Source: the human T2T-CHM13v2.0 reference genome, Homo sapiens
Direction: 5' to 3' (one strand)
DNA: 64,000 bases
Assembly (NCBI RefSeq): GCF_009914755.1
Contig: NC_060925.1
A model generated the notes under the pieces. That model had not been told where the DNA came from, did no database searches, and was given only the letters and a program-made list of their open reading frames with translations. The translations under genes and the position numbers were made by a program. The stretch's first letter is position 1; each line of letters begins with the position of its first letter. Of this stretch, positions 26,511 to 38,520 are shown in pieces.

Positions 26511-27744
26511 GTTTCTAGATATGCAAAACGGTTAGCATGGTACGTGTTTCTCCAGTACATTAGCACTGAGGTAACCAAACATGGTTAAATAATGGAGCAC
26601 CTATTTTATCAGACTTCACATAAATGTTTTAGATTATTTTGTTAAACAGTCAAACTAAATGATTGAAATTATATTCACACCGTTTACACAGCAATAACTG
26701 TAATTTGCCAAATGCTAAATTTCTCCTGAACCAGCTCAGAATATTGAGTTCAATTGGAGAAACTTTCTTTATAATCAGTTATTTTCAGAAAATTAAAAAT
26801 ATTTAGGAGCTGGCACCAGGGCTTTCTCCCAAATGATCTTTAACAAAATCAAATCTTTCAGACATGGAACTGTATCAACAGAAAACCCTCTCATGTTCAT
26901 AATCATGTGCAGATGCAAATATCTTTCTCACTCTAATGAAATAATGATACTCAATTTTCTGCAGTTTTATTGACAAATAATAAGAAAGATGTCTAAATGG
27001 GTGTGGCAGGGTGAGGGTTAAATCTGATTGTAATTAGATTGCAGTATGCATGGTCATGTGGTTAATAGTAAATTTTCCTTGATTAACTGGTCCTGTTTGT
27101 TAAGAGCTCCTATTAACATTAGTGCTCTCTGTGTTGGCTGTAGAGACACACCATGGACCAGTGCAAAATTAATGAAAGCAGGTACGCATGCTGATTAGAA
27201 TGTGGCAGTTTAATAAACTCTTCCAACATTAAATTATTTAATGCATTCATGCTCATGCAGGCTATTCGATGGTCAGCTTGACCACCTATGTGTTAATATT
27301 GGGAATTGAAATGCAGAGAGTGGAAGAGATATAGTGGTGTATGAGGTAATTAGCTCTCATGTCTGATAAATGGGGCAATACCTATGTGTGCGCATGTTTT
27401 AGCACACCACAAATGGTGCTTTCATTAGCTGGAATCTTCTGTGGAAATTTTTAAAAATGTTCGGTTTGATTTTTGTAGCATAAACAGTGGCTCTGATAGC
27501 TGTAGCCATCGTCAGTTGACTATTTGAGGCAAATTTTAAGTCGGCTATAAAGTAAGCTTTGTTAAAATAAATGGGTAACAAAAATTAGATAGGAAGCTTA
27601 TCAATAAACATCTCCAATATGGACATAATCACTATCATATAGAATATACTTTATATAAGTACAAATGATTTCAAAATGTAAAAGCAAATATGTATTAGAT
27701 TTTGAGCAAGATAATATGACTTTACATTTGTACAAAGCTCCATA

Positions 27745-27890
27745 ATTTGCATGTTGCTTCACATGTTATTGAATCCTAATTGTAGACATTTTAGGTACAT
27801 AGTGTTTCCTAATAAGTGGCCAATTAGAGCCTTAAAAATCTCACTTCTTGTAACTCAAAGTCCAGAGCTTTCAGCACAGTTCCACAGCAG
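27745..27890 (-). mobile_element. MIR fragment (degenerate)
   Basis: gcttcacatgttattgaatcct...taactcaaagtccagagctttc..cacagcagc. Confidence 0.4.
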
Positions 27891-28221
27891 CCCAAAAAAC
27901 TAGTATTTGTGAGAATAAACTATTATTTATAAGACAAGTTAATTTTTAACATTAGATGAGCATTCTAGAGACTTAACCTCTCTGCAAACAGGATGCTACC
28001 TAGATTTGGTGGAAACACCAAAGAGAAATTTTCTATATTTAACTCTAAGGATAAATAAGTGTTTTTAATGACTTACATTTTACCAAACTCCAAGATACTT
28101 TCTGATTGTATTTTAGGCATTCACAGGCACTTTCACAGTGCTTGCATGGAATTCAGTATGCTGACACAGAACAATCCAGACTCTGGAACTTGGAGACAGT
28201 GTAGAAGGTATTGCAGAAACA

Positions 28222-28482
28222 TGCTGCAACGTCTTTCTTTGATAATTCAAAATACCAGCATTGACATTTCTAAATGCTCAAAGTTCTTCTCCTTACTTTA
28301 ATTCAAAAAGTCACAATGCCTACACAGAAAATGGCATAATTGCTAAACCAAAAATCCATCATAAATTCTAAAACTTATGTGACCAAAAGGAATGAAACAG
28401 GCAGGTACCATGACAACTAAAAGTACCAAAACAACAACAAGAACAAAAACCTGGTCACACTTTCTTTTGGTTTTTATGTGCT
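28222..28482 (+). repeat. Local direct duplication, copy 2
   Basis: Aligns to 26241-26510 at roughly 85-90% identity by eye, with a few indels. Confidence 0.95.
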
Positions 28483-28769
28483 ACACCTTCAGTGAGGTCA
28501 CCAGATCTAGGTTTACTGAATCACAAGACTGCCCACTGTTAAAGTAAGCCCTGAGAGGCTGGCCGAATGGATTTTTCAGTCTGGGGATTTCTACAAAGAA
28601 GAAAGATTTTTTTGCCACTGCCATCTTGAGTTCTTCTCCCATTCTTAGGATGACAGCTACAATAAGAAGAGAAAGAGAAAATTATTCTTGCCCTAGCAAA
28701 ATCAAAGGAGAATAATGAGGAAGCCTGGAAAGACTAATGTGCAGAAGGCCAGAATAGCAGATTTGTCTT

Positions 28770-28895
28770 TCCGTCCTGGACATCCTTAGGAACTGGCAGT
28801 GTGACTTTGAGCAATCAGTTAACTTCTCTGGGCCTTGCTCTTTTCATATGTAATTTAGGGAACTGGAGAAAGTGAACTCTCAAGTTCCTCATATC
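28770..28895 (+). mobile_element. MIR/MIR3 fragment
   Basis: gtgtgactttgagcaatcagttaacttctctgggcctt...catatgtaa. Confidence 0.6.
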
Positions 28896-29899
28896 TCAAC
28901 AGGGCTTTCTAATTGTTTCTTACCAGGAGAAAATATACGAATGATCTTTTTCAGACACCTCCCTGAGGACTAAAAGGAGCCATGAAATTCTATGGCAGAC
29001 AGAAACACCACCTTTGAACAGCATACTCTGCAATTTCCCTCTTTCTAAGGGCTTGAATGGTAATTTTGAGTCTTGTCTGGCCTCTGATAGCTCTATGGGC
29101 CCTAGCCAGCCTGGATGGTCTGATTGAATTCCTACTGTTGTTTTTATTTGTCTCTGGCTAGCTTCAAGGGATACTGCAGTCATGAATTAACATTGTCCCC
29201 TTGGTAAGCAATTATAATGTTGGTTACAGTATCATTGATGCTTGTCCTTACTGCTTCCTTTGGACAATGTAGACAGTTATTGATGTTTGGCACTTCTTAT
29301 AGGTGGTTGGCAGCTATGCGAATACTGTAACTTACAATAGGCTTTTCCACAACACTGTCATGGTGTCCATGAATTTGGAAGGATATAAGCACTGCCATCC
29401 CACTTTTTGCAGTCATGATATGTGTTGACAAAAATGGGTCATATTTTCCTCTGGATCTAGCAGAATATTTGTATAATTAGGAATGTAAACAATTCCACTT
29501 TTTTTTGTATAGTTTCAGCCAGTGAGCACTATGGAAAAATCAGTTTTCTATCCAACTTACTTATCCCAAAGAAAAAGTATAGACCCTCAAAAGAGCTCAA
29601 ACAAGGCTTAGTCTTTACTTCTTACTTTCAACCTTTGGCTGCTTTAAAAACTAAGCATAATAAAGCATTTTAGCTGAATACCTGAAGTGGGAGAAGGATA
29701 CTCCCCAAAGAAGACAAGGGTACTAAGCATTGAAAATGGCATGATTTGATGGCCAGGGTAACAAAATGTGGTGAACATGGAAATACAACTATGATATCAT
29801 GCATTTCTTTAAAAACCTTTAGTTACCTGAGGAAGGCTCAGGCAACTCCCTCAGTAATACCAGTCCCTTTGCGTCCTCTAATGCAGTATATTTACTATT

Positions 29900-30085
29900 T
29901 TTGGGGTATTTTGAATTCCTTTAACCTCATAATAACTCGATGAGATAGAAGCAATTTTTACCCTCCTGTTTTACATATTAGAAAACTGAGTCTCAGAAAG
30001 TTTAATTAACTTGCCCATGGTCACAGAAGGACAGAGGCAGAAGTAATATTCAAACACAGGGAGTCTTAGTGCTCTCAACTCCTAC
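29900..30085 (-). mobile_element. MIR fragment
   Basis: ttttacatattagaaaactgagtctcagaaagtttaattaacttgcccatggtcacag. Confidence 0.75.
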
Positions 30086-30104
30086 AACCATTACATCTAA
30101 ATTT

Positions 30105-30445
30105 GCAGACCAATATGGTAGCCATTATGCAGCCACTGAGCAGTGGAAATGCAGCTAGTCTGAATTCAGATGTGCTGTAAGTGTAAAACAAGATTTTGAA
30201 GACCTGGTATGAAAAAGAGAATATAAAATATCTCATTGTAGTTACCTTGTATGGATTACATGTTAAAATAATAATGTTTTAAATATTTGAAGTTAAAATA
30301 TATTATTAAAATTATTTCACCTGTTCCTTTTTACTTTTTAATGTGCCTACTAGAAAGTTTATATTTATATACATAGTATGTACATATCACATATGATGAA
30401 TGTATATGTACATACTCTATCTGTAATGTTTATATTGAACCATGC
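30105..30445 (-). mobile_element. MER33 (hAT-Charlie) DNA element
   Basis: caatatggtagcca...gatgtgctgtaagtgtaaaa...aaattatttcacctgtt.ctttttactttttaatgtg.ctactagaaa. Confidence 0.8.
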
Positions 30446-32699
30446 TCCAACTGTATTTGTTTTGTACATTTTCCACCATGAGAATATTTCGTTTGTAGTA
30501 AAAATCCCATTGGAATGGAAAAAAGGTAGAAAACCATAACTCCGACCAAAAAAGCGCAATGCTCTCAGTATTGGCCATAGAATGTGTGCTTCATGTTAAT
30601 AAGCTGATGAAGGATTCAGAATAATGACTCTTCAATAGTAATTATAAAACAGAGTTGGCTGTTTTATACTGTTTACCATAGAACTTTTCTAATTTACAAC
30701 AAATCATGTTGAAATTTTTTGAACGTTGGAAATTTTTGTCCAGCTGTTGTCCAAACATCAGCATCTATCATGCAATTCCCACTCTGTGTTGAGATCTTTA
30801 AGAGTAGGCATCATGTATTATGTATTGTTTTGTGTGTATCATTTTGTACAAGGAAAGCCCTTGGAGGCTATAATAATAGTAAACAGTGACTCTGGCCTAG
30901 ACATCACCAGTGAGATTGTGAGTATTAGGGAGGAAGAGAAGAGAATCCCTCATGAAGTCTGAAAAAACAACTCATTTCATTCACAATTGTACAAGTAATC
31001 TGAAAACCAATATTATCAAGCAGAACATATTTAGGTTACTTTCACAAGGAAGCTTCCCTATGAGAAAAAAAATAGTCAAAATTAAATGAATTTCTGTATT
31101 TGTTGCTGACTGACCAAATGTATCTTACAAATAAGATTAATAAGTCAGCAAGCACTAGAAAGAAAATCTTAAAAACCACAGTGAGAAGCTACATGAAAAG
31201 CAGAGCCCAGAATTATATACTTGAATATTTACATTCTCACAATGAGAAGATGACATATATGAGAAGCCACAAAGTAATGGGTTGTAAATGTGAATGGACA
31301 TGGGTAGAAATTAATTAAATACATTAGACTTAAGTACAGCATATTATTCCAGACATGGTAGAGATCCCCGACATTGTAGAAGACTGAAATACGTAAATAT
31401 AGGAGGAGAGGTTTAAAACCTTCACTTACAAATTCCAAATGTATTTGAGAGGCAATTGCATACAATTTTTCATATAACTGATCAAAAGAGGAATCTAAGT
31501 TTTAACTTTTTGAGACAGTAAAAACAACAACAAAACAACTCATTAATGTTTTTTCCTCACCTCTAGCTAAAAACCAGCTGCATTTTAAAACCAAATTTGG
31601 CAGGCTCTTGATGGCATACTTTCAGCATGATGTTTTAAAGATTAAACTATGGAGCAATCTTTAAACATTAATGGAGGTTACATGGCAAATTCTGCTCACA
31701 CAATAGAATCATCGTGTCCATCTTGCCAAATGCATGTCTCAGCCTCTAAGCTAGAGGATAACAAAAAGATATTCTTATTCTTCCTCCTCTTCTTTGAGTT
31801 CTAAGAGCACTCTTTAAATGTTTCTGTAGCACATCTAATTCCTCTCTAATACATTTTGCTGGCTTTGGTGTTCAATTTAATTTAAATCAGCAGAATAATC
31901 CAAGTGAATCCAGGTTGCTGTAATGTTACATTAGGAAGGTCTGATCCATTTGCAGCTAAGGTACACCCAAATTCATTAACATTTACTCAGTAGGCTTCCA
32001 GCAGGTGACTTTATGGGAAGAAACAGATGCATCTGAATGTCACCTTACCACACATGTGACTATTATAGATTTTTGTTCTGTCCATATAATATTGCTGCAT
32101 CCCATTCTAAGGGAATATAGATAATAGCATTAGTTTAATTTATTTTTCAATACACCAAATTACACAGAAATGTTCTCTAAGAGGCTTTGACAATTAAATG
32201 AATCCAAATTTTGTACAGGCGCAATGGGGATTGACCTCAATGGCTTTCTAAGTGCTAATTACTAAACCTAAATGCAGTATGGCTCAAAGGGCTAAACCAC
32301 AGAGAGGGCACTCAGAGGTTGTGGGTTCTAATCTCCACATCAGTAGCATGACCCACAGCAAGCCTTCGCAGAACTGAAAAGTAAAAAGATGCAGTCCAGT
32401 GTCAGGCTTCTGCACCAGAGCAAAAAACAAAACAAAACAAAAAACCCTGATTTGGGACCGGCAGCCTCAAATAGAGACTCTGTACATCCTGAAAAAACTT
32501 AGCCCCTTGCCAAAAGGAGCTTTTATCATTGAGCTACAGAGGCTAAACAAACCTAAAACAATTAGTACACAAATAAAGGAAAACTATGAAATGCTGGCGA
32601 AGACACCGAGGGAATTCTAGAAGCTCAGAGAATGGAGAGATCACGTGAGCCCTCTAGTTCTGTGGAAACATTTGGGAAGATGTTGCGCTGGAGTAGAAT

Positions 32700-32900
32700 G
32701 AATGTATAACAAGAGTCACAGCACCTTACTAGTGCTAGGGCCAGCACATCTCTGAGACATATATTTCCTCTTCTATAAAATAGGAATGATAGCTTCTGGC
32801 CTGTAAATGTACAAAATTGTGTGGAGGAAACAAATGAGACCATGAGAACAAAAACATTGTAAACACTACAGAGATCAGAAGTGCTATAAATGTAACTGTT
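32700..32900 (+). mobile_element. MIR fragment
   Basis: catctctgagac..atttcctcttctataaaatagg...aagtgctataaatgtaa. Confidence 0.55.
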
Positions 32901-33724
32901 ATGTATTATTGGGCTGCTGGATTGGTTTGTGAAAAAAGAGATCTGAAACAGCAGATTCAGCCTTAGTATTCATGTGATTTGGGGGCAAGTGGCTCTGCCT
33001 CCTTGGAGAGCTCCATGAAACATGGCGGGCAAGACGCTGTTGGGGTCTGCACCCAGAGAGTCCTCCTGCCCAGAAGGAAAATGGCACTGCACCAGCACCA
33101 TCCCGCAAATCAATAAAATAAAGCTCACATTAAAGTAAAAAGAGAAGATGAAAAGGAGTGGGAAGAGAAGAAGGAGGAAAGGAGGTAAAGGAGGAAGGAA
33201 AGCAAATAATTTAAACCATTAGCGAAGTCTCCAGAAGGATGCTAGAGAGTGAACAGCACTGCCTGCAGCTGAAGATTTCACCCATACCTGCTGAGGCTCT
33301 TCCTTAGCTTGGTGTATCCTCCTCCTCTCCCTTCCTGTTCTCTCTTCCTCTCCTGCCCCTTACCTCCACTATCCTTTTCCTCTCTCTTTCCCACTCCTCA
33401 CACAAGTTCTCTTCCTAAATTAGCCCATGGATGAATTTTCTGGCTTCCTGATACCTCTCCTCACACTCTTCCTTCCTGTCTTCCAAACAAATTCTGTTCT
33501 CTGTGTTGCTCTATGTCCTTTCTGATCCATGTCAGTCTGGTCTTTCTTAGTTCCTTCCCATTCTGTCTTCCATTGGCCTGTACAGCCAAACAAGTGCCTA
33601 AGGACTGAGCAGCAGAAACAACATCTGCCTAATAAGGTGAAGGAGAGAAGAACGGCTGTAAATATTTATGGTAAACAATAAGAGGAAGATATACAAAGAT
33701 CCACTGGATTATGATAGTTAAAAT

Positions 33725-33925
33725 TTAGTAGTGCTTACTATGTGCTAGGCATTATTTCAAAGGCTTTACATTCCTTAACTTCTTTAATTTCATCACCTAC
33801 CCTACAAGATAGGTACTGTTATTATCCCTATTTTATAGATAAGTCAAGAAAGCTCAAATAAGATAATCAATTTGTCCAAAAGTCATATAGTTTTTAGTCT
33901 GGCTGAGGATCTGGAATTCAGCCAC
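33725..33925 (-). mobile_element. MIR SINE
   Basis: gtgcttactatgtgctaggca...gataggtactgttattatccctattttatagataag. Confidence 0.8.
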
Positions 33926-35271
33926 TAGAGTGGATGGATGCCTGGGTAAAGGAAAGAATCAATGTTCAAAGTATTCAAGTGGGCTTTTAGGGCTGGTAGT
34001 GGGGGATTTGGAGTTTCACGGGTAGAGAGTGTAATGCCTCCCAAATGGGTCATAGCCAACTCCAAGAGTAGCTACCACAAGCTTATGACAAAGTACGATA
34101 TTGCCTAAGGACAACGCTTCTCTAGGAAATGTTTCCTCAAGGCTGGATTTGTAGGAGGAAACATTTTTGAGAAATTAATTTGTATTGACTACCAATTTCA
34201 TTGGAAATGGGAGTGTCAAATGAAGCAGAATGAAAACCAAACTAAACTCAATGAAGGCCCATATATTAAGCTTTGGCCACACTCTCCAAATTATTACAGA
34301 TCTGGGAAAATCCTGCTAATCAGAGGCAGCAAAACATCATGCACATTGCTGATGCATGCATATGGGAATGGCATGACTTTTTTATAGGTGCTGCATGAAG
34401 GTTGATATGTCATTGCAAAATGGCTCTTGCAATGTTCTCCATCAACCCTGTATATGTTTGCTAAGATACAAAAGCAATATGAATTTGTTCAACAAGGTCA
34501 AGTAGTCTTTTTTTTTTTTGTAATAGTGACTCCTTTTCTTTTTTTTTTTCATTCAGATCTTTTCTCTCCAGTTCATGAAAGTTTACACTATATCTGATAC
34601 TAAGTTTGACTAAAAGAAATCATTTTAATGTGTTTAGGCTTTAGGAGAAAATCTTCAGGTACAATCCAGGATCCAGTAATTGACTGTTATTAGTATTAAT
34701 AGGAATTACACAGCCAAATCTCACTGCTATGCGCTGAAAATTTACCACTTAAGATCAAGCTTCAGTAATCAATGGAATGTGTTGAAGTGTAATTTCTGGT
34801 TCATAGACCTCTCAAAAAGGAAAAACAGATATGGGGAGTTAAGTTTGGGATAATAGAAAGGAAACTTCTTAGTTTATACTGCTTAGAATTAGAAATATAT
34901 AATAAATAATCATATTTTCTTCAAAATGTAGTAATCAATTTGCTGTAATTAATAGGATTGAATTAATACATAGGACAAGCAATCATTCTTATAAGGGACT
35001 CTTTAATAGAGGATCTTTTCTGTGCATTTCTTCAAATGAAGGGTACCTCCGGTTGTATTTCTTTCTGACAGAGCCATTTCCTTGCCTTCACATCTCTGTA
35101 ATACATATTATTTGAATATCTGGAATATGTATTATTCCCTTGTAGGTAGGTTGCGAAAATTACCAGCCCACACAACTTTTATCAATATGTCTCATGCTAG
35201 GTTTTATTCCTGATGTGAAATAGAATAAATTGGCCTTCTTTCCTTTTCACCTGATATAATTTGTTACTTAC

Positions 35272-35296
35272 CTTGAGATAATTTTTTTAAAGACTG
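35272..35296 (-). other. Candidate micro-exon (25 nt, or 22 nt via NAGNAG)
   Basis: Minus strand: ttgtttaacag|CAGTCTTTAAAAAAATTATCTCAAG|gtaagt; optimal donor, moderate acceptor. Confidence 0.2.
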
Positions 35297-37079
35297 CTGT
35301 TAAACAACTACTAATACATTTTTTAAAACGTGGGTAAATTATAAGAAAAGGCAAGCATGGCTTTCCTTATTCTACCTGCTTAGGCAAGAAATGAGCAGCA
35401 CATTTTGCGTGTGTATTCTTTTCATTAGTCTGATGCTGTCTGCAGTGATGCCACACACACATTCAAAAAATGCCCCAGCTATTCCACTTCCCTATCTTAG
35501 TATCTTTCATATTTTTAAACTTGATTCAATAATCATTCCACACCAGGGGAGGTATCATGACTTTTGAAATCCTCAGTACTTTTCAATAAAAAAGATGAAA
35601 TAATTTTACATAAGCAAGTTTAAAATGTCAGGAGAACAAAAATGGATCTATTTGAAATCATTTCTAAAACAAAATTTGATTTTTGTCAATGGTGCATGAA
35701 AAACAATGAAATAGCCAAGGAAACATTTTGATATTATACATTTCTTTTGACAGAGGGTCAGTCTTAGATTTTTAATACTTGGCATCCTAAAATAATATGA
35801 ATATCTTTAGTTAGAATATAGAATTCTTTCTGAAAGTTTGCTTTAAGTAAAATTAAAAATGGAAGGACTTGAAGCAAAATATGTTAATAAAATAAATCTC
35901 GTGCTGTTTTACTGATGTACTTAATGGAGAGTTGTGATTATTAATTTATAATTGTCATAATTTTAAAAACTGCTGGTAAGAGGTTTCAGAAACATCTCCA
36001 TGGTGAAACATAGAACCATCCAAATCCAATCCACCAATATTTAAACAAATACACTTTGAAGACATGTATTTCTTCTATTCAAAAACTGCAGGTGATTTTA
36101 CCAATGTATACTGGTCACTGGAAGTTAGGTAAAAAAAATATCTTGAAAATGGCAATGTTGTATCATTTCTCAGAAACTTAAAAGTGGTGCATATCATCAA
36201 GGGGTCTGCAGAAAGAAACATAACATAAACAAAGCCAACTTTGGATAGAGCCTAATTTGTTCTTTAATGTGCTTGACCTCATTGGAAAACATTGTTCTAT
36301 ATTCATATCAGTGTGAGGTTTTTTAATGTTTTATTCTAAATCATGGGTGGATTTATGAAGGTCTTTTTCTTAAGAGCTAAAAAACAAGCATTTTCATTCT
36401 GTAAAAGGAATGTCCATTGATAATTGTGATTTGTATTCACAGACTAATATTAAAAGACCAGGATGTTCTACCTCTCTTAAAGTAACTCTTGTTTCAGGAA
36501 TCTCCAGAGAACTTATCCCTCAACCTTCACATTGAATGGGTTTTAATATTTTTAACACTTCTACAAGTGTCATGGTCTGTAAGGAGCCCTGGAGTGAAGT
36601 GGAAGCATTCCTATCAATGATACTTTTGAAAATAGAATGTTTCCCAGATTCCTTGATACATAAATCAGCAGTGAGGGAAGTTAGGTGCTCCATTTGCTTC
36701 TGATGAGTTGGAAAAGGTAACCTCCAACCAGAGGGCAAGAAATGTCCAGCACATAGTGCTAAAAGCTATCTTCTCCTGTGAGGTGAATGGAAAGAAAATC
36801 CTATTGCACAATTCTAAAGAGTTAAATTTCTTCAAGAGGCAATGGAACAGTTCAGTTTCATCAGATTCCTTTTCTGCTTCCTTCTTGATATATTAATGTT
36901 CCCCATATTTTCTTTCCATGTTGCAATACTCTAAAACATTTCTATCCATGTGCTGTGAGTATTGAGAGTGAACTAAGCCCAGACTTCAAAATAGCCTCCT
37001 TGCCCATTTTGTTCTCCCTTGCCACACTTTGGGCTTTGGTGCCTTGATACGTTTGCAAAAGGAGTCCCCTGAGCTGGGA

Positions 37080-37405
37080 ATGTTTTTCTTCTGTATTATA
37101 ACTATACCTTCTCCCAGGGCCCAATTCAAACACTTCTTTAGTCAGAGTTCACCTTTGATTTTCATGTACATTATAGGCTTGGCATATGTTTCCTGTGTAA
37201 TAGATATACATCTGAATGAATCCATATCACTAATTATTTGTACCACTAACAAGCCACCTAACTACATCACCGTGTTTAGATGTCAATTTTCCCAACTAGC
37301 TGGTAAGCACCTAGAAAAATAGATCTCTTTTACTGTGGTGTATATCTTCAGTGCACATGGTAGAGATCCTTGTTGTAAGAAGTCAATGGATGTTTTTTGA
37401 ATAAA
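37080..37405 (+). mobile_element. L2 3' fragment
   Basis: cccaactagctggtaagcacctag...cagtgcacatgg...agtcaatggatgttttttgaat. Confidence 0.5.
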
Positions 37406-38114
37406 AAGTAGGCATGAGATACTATTAGTAGAAGATATGAAGAGTCTTAGCATAAAAAGTTTCTCGCATTTTGTATATTATACAAATATATACAATATAT
37501 TTGTATATTGGAAAACAGCACTGGAACACTAAAGTAATCTTAACTAAGGCAAGATCTCAAAGATTTCACCAAAGTATTGACAATGAAAATAAGATCATTT
37601 TAAATCAAACTATGACATTCAATAAGCAGGCCTTTAAATTTTTCAAAAAGGAAATATTTGAAGGATATTAACAAATGACACATATAAATGAGGAAAAGGC
37701 AAACTAATGTTTTAAAGATTAATAATGTATGAGTTTTGATTCAAAATGCAAGCTGCCCTTCTCCCTTTCAGGGGCTTAAAATGGAAAAAAAGTAAGTCCT
37801 GGGCATTAAAAACAACTTCTTTAATTCCAAACAGTCTTTCACATAGGAAGTTCAAAGTTAAAAATGACTCAGTGTTAAAAATTGTACCTAATGGCTAGAT
37901 CATTATTATTGCCATGGTTATCTAGGGGCATAGAAACCAGGATTTATAGAAAATCTGAAGTCACACAGAGTATCAGTAATCTGAACAAGAGAACAATGTC
38001 TGCCTTCCAAATCTTGACTCATTCTCTTGTTCTGGAGCTACATTTTCTATATCTCTCCTGAGGAAATATAATGAGAAATAATTTTTAAAGAACTAATAGT
38101 AACCACCAAATTTG

Positions 38115-38520
38115 AAATTTTCTGGAATCCACTTCCTGTCCATTTCCACTGTCACTGTACTAACTTAAATCTTTTTAAAATAATATAGCCTCCAGCAGGA
38201 CTTTCTGATCTCAGCCTCTCCCCTTACCAGATAACCCTCTTACAACTGTGATGTAAGTCTCTCAAAGTCATGCAGCCCAAAGATGGTAGCACACCTGACC
38301 TCATTTCACCAGTTATTAAGGTCTTATAAAATCTCATCACACCCTAACTAGCCAACCTTATTTTTCTACCATTGAACAGTTTAATATGTAATTCACCTTT
38401 CTAATTGTATCAAATACATTAATCTTGACTTTTCAGATCTATTTTAAATGTGTGAAGGCTCACCACAATGCCAGACACAAAATGGATGCTCAATATACAC
38501 ATGTTAATTGAATGAATAAT
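38115..38520 (+). mobile_element. L2 fragment
   Basis: Ends in the L2 tail cacaatgccagacacaaaatggatgctcaata...tgaatgaat. Confidence 0.6.

Noticed and set aside
26241-28482. Reading the direct repeats as paired LTRs of a novel retroelement
   Set aside because: No shared TG...CA termini, no flanking 4-6 bp TSD, no PBS or PPT, and no retroviral coding sequence in the interior
35545-36500. AT-rich stretch that may be another ancient DNA transposon
   Set aside because: Could not assign a family, TIRs or a coding motif by eye; needs a Dfam search
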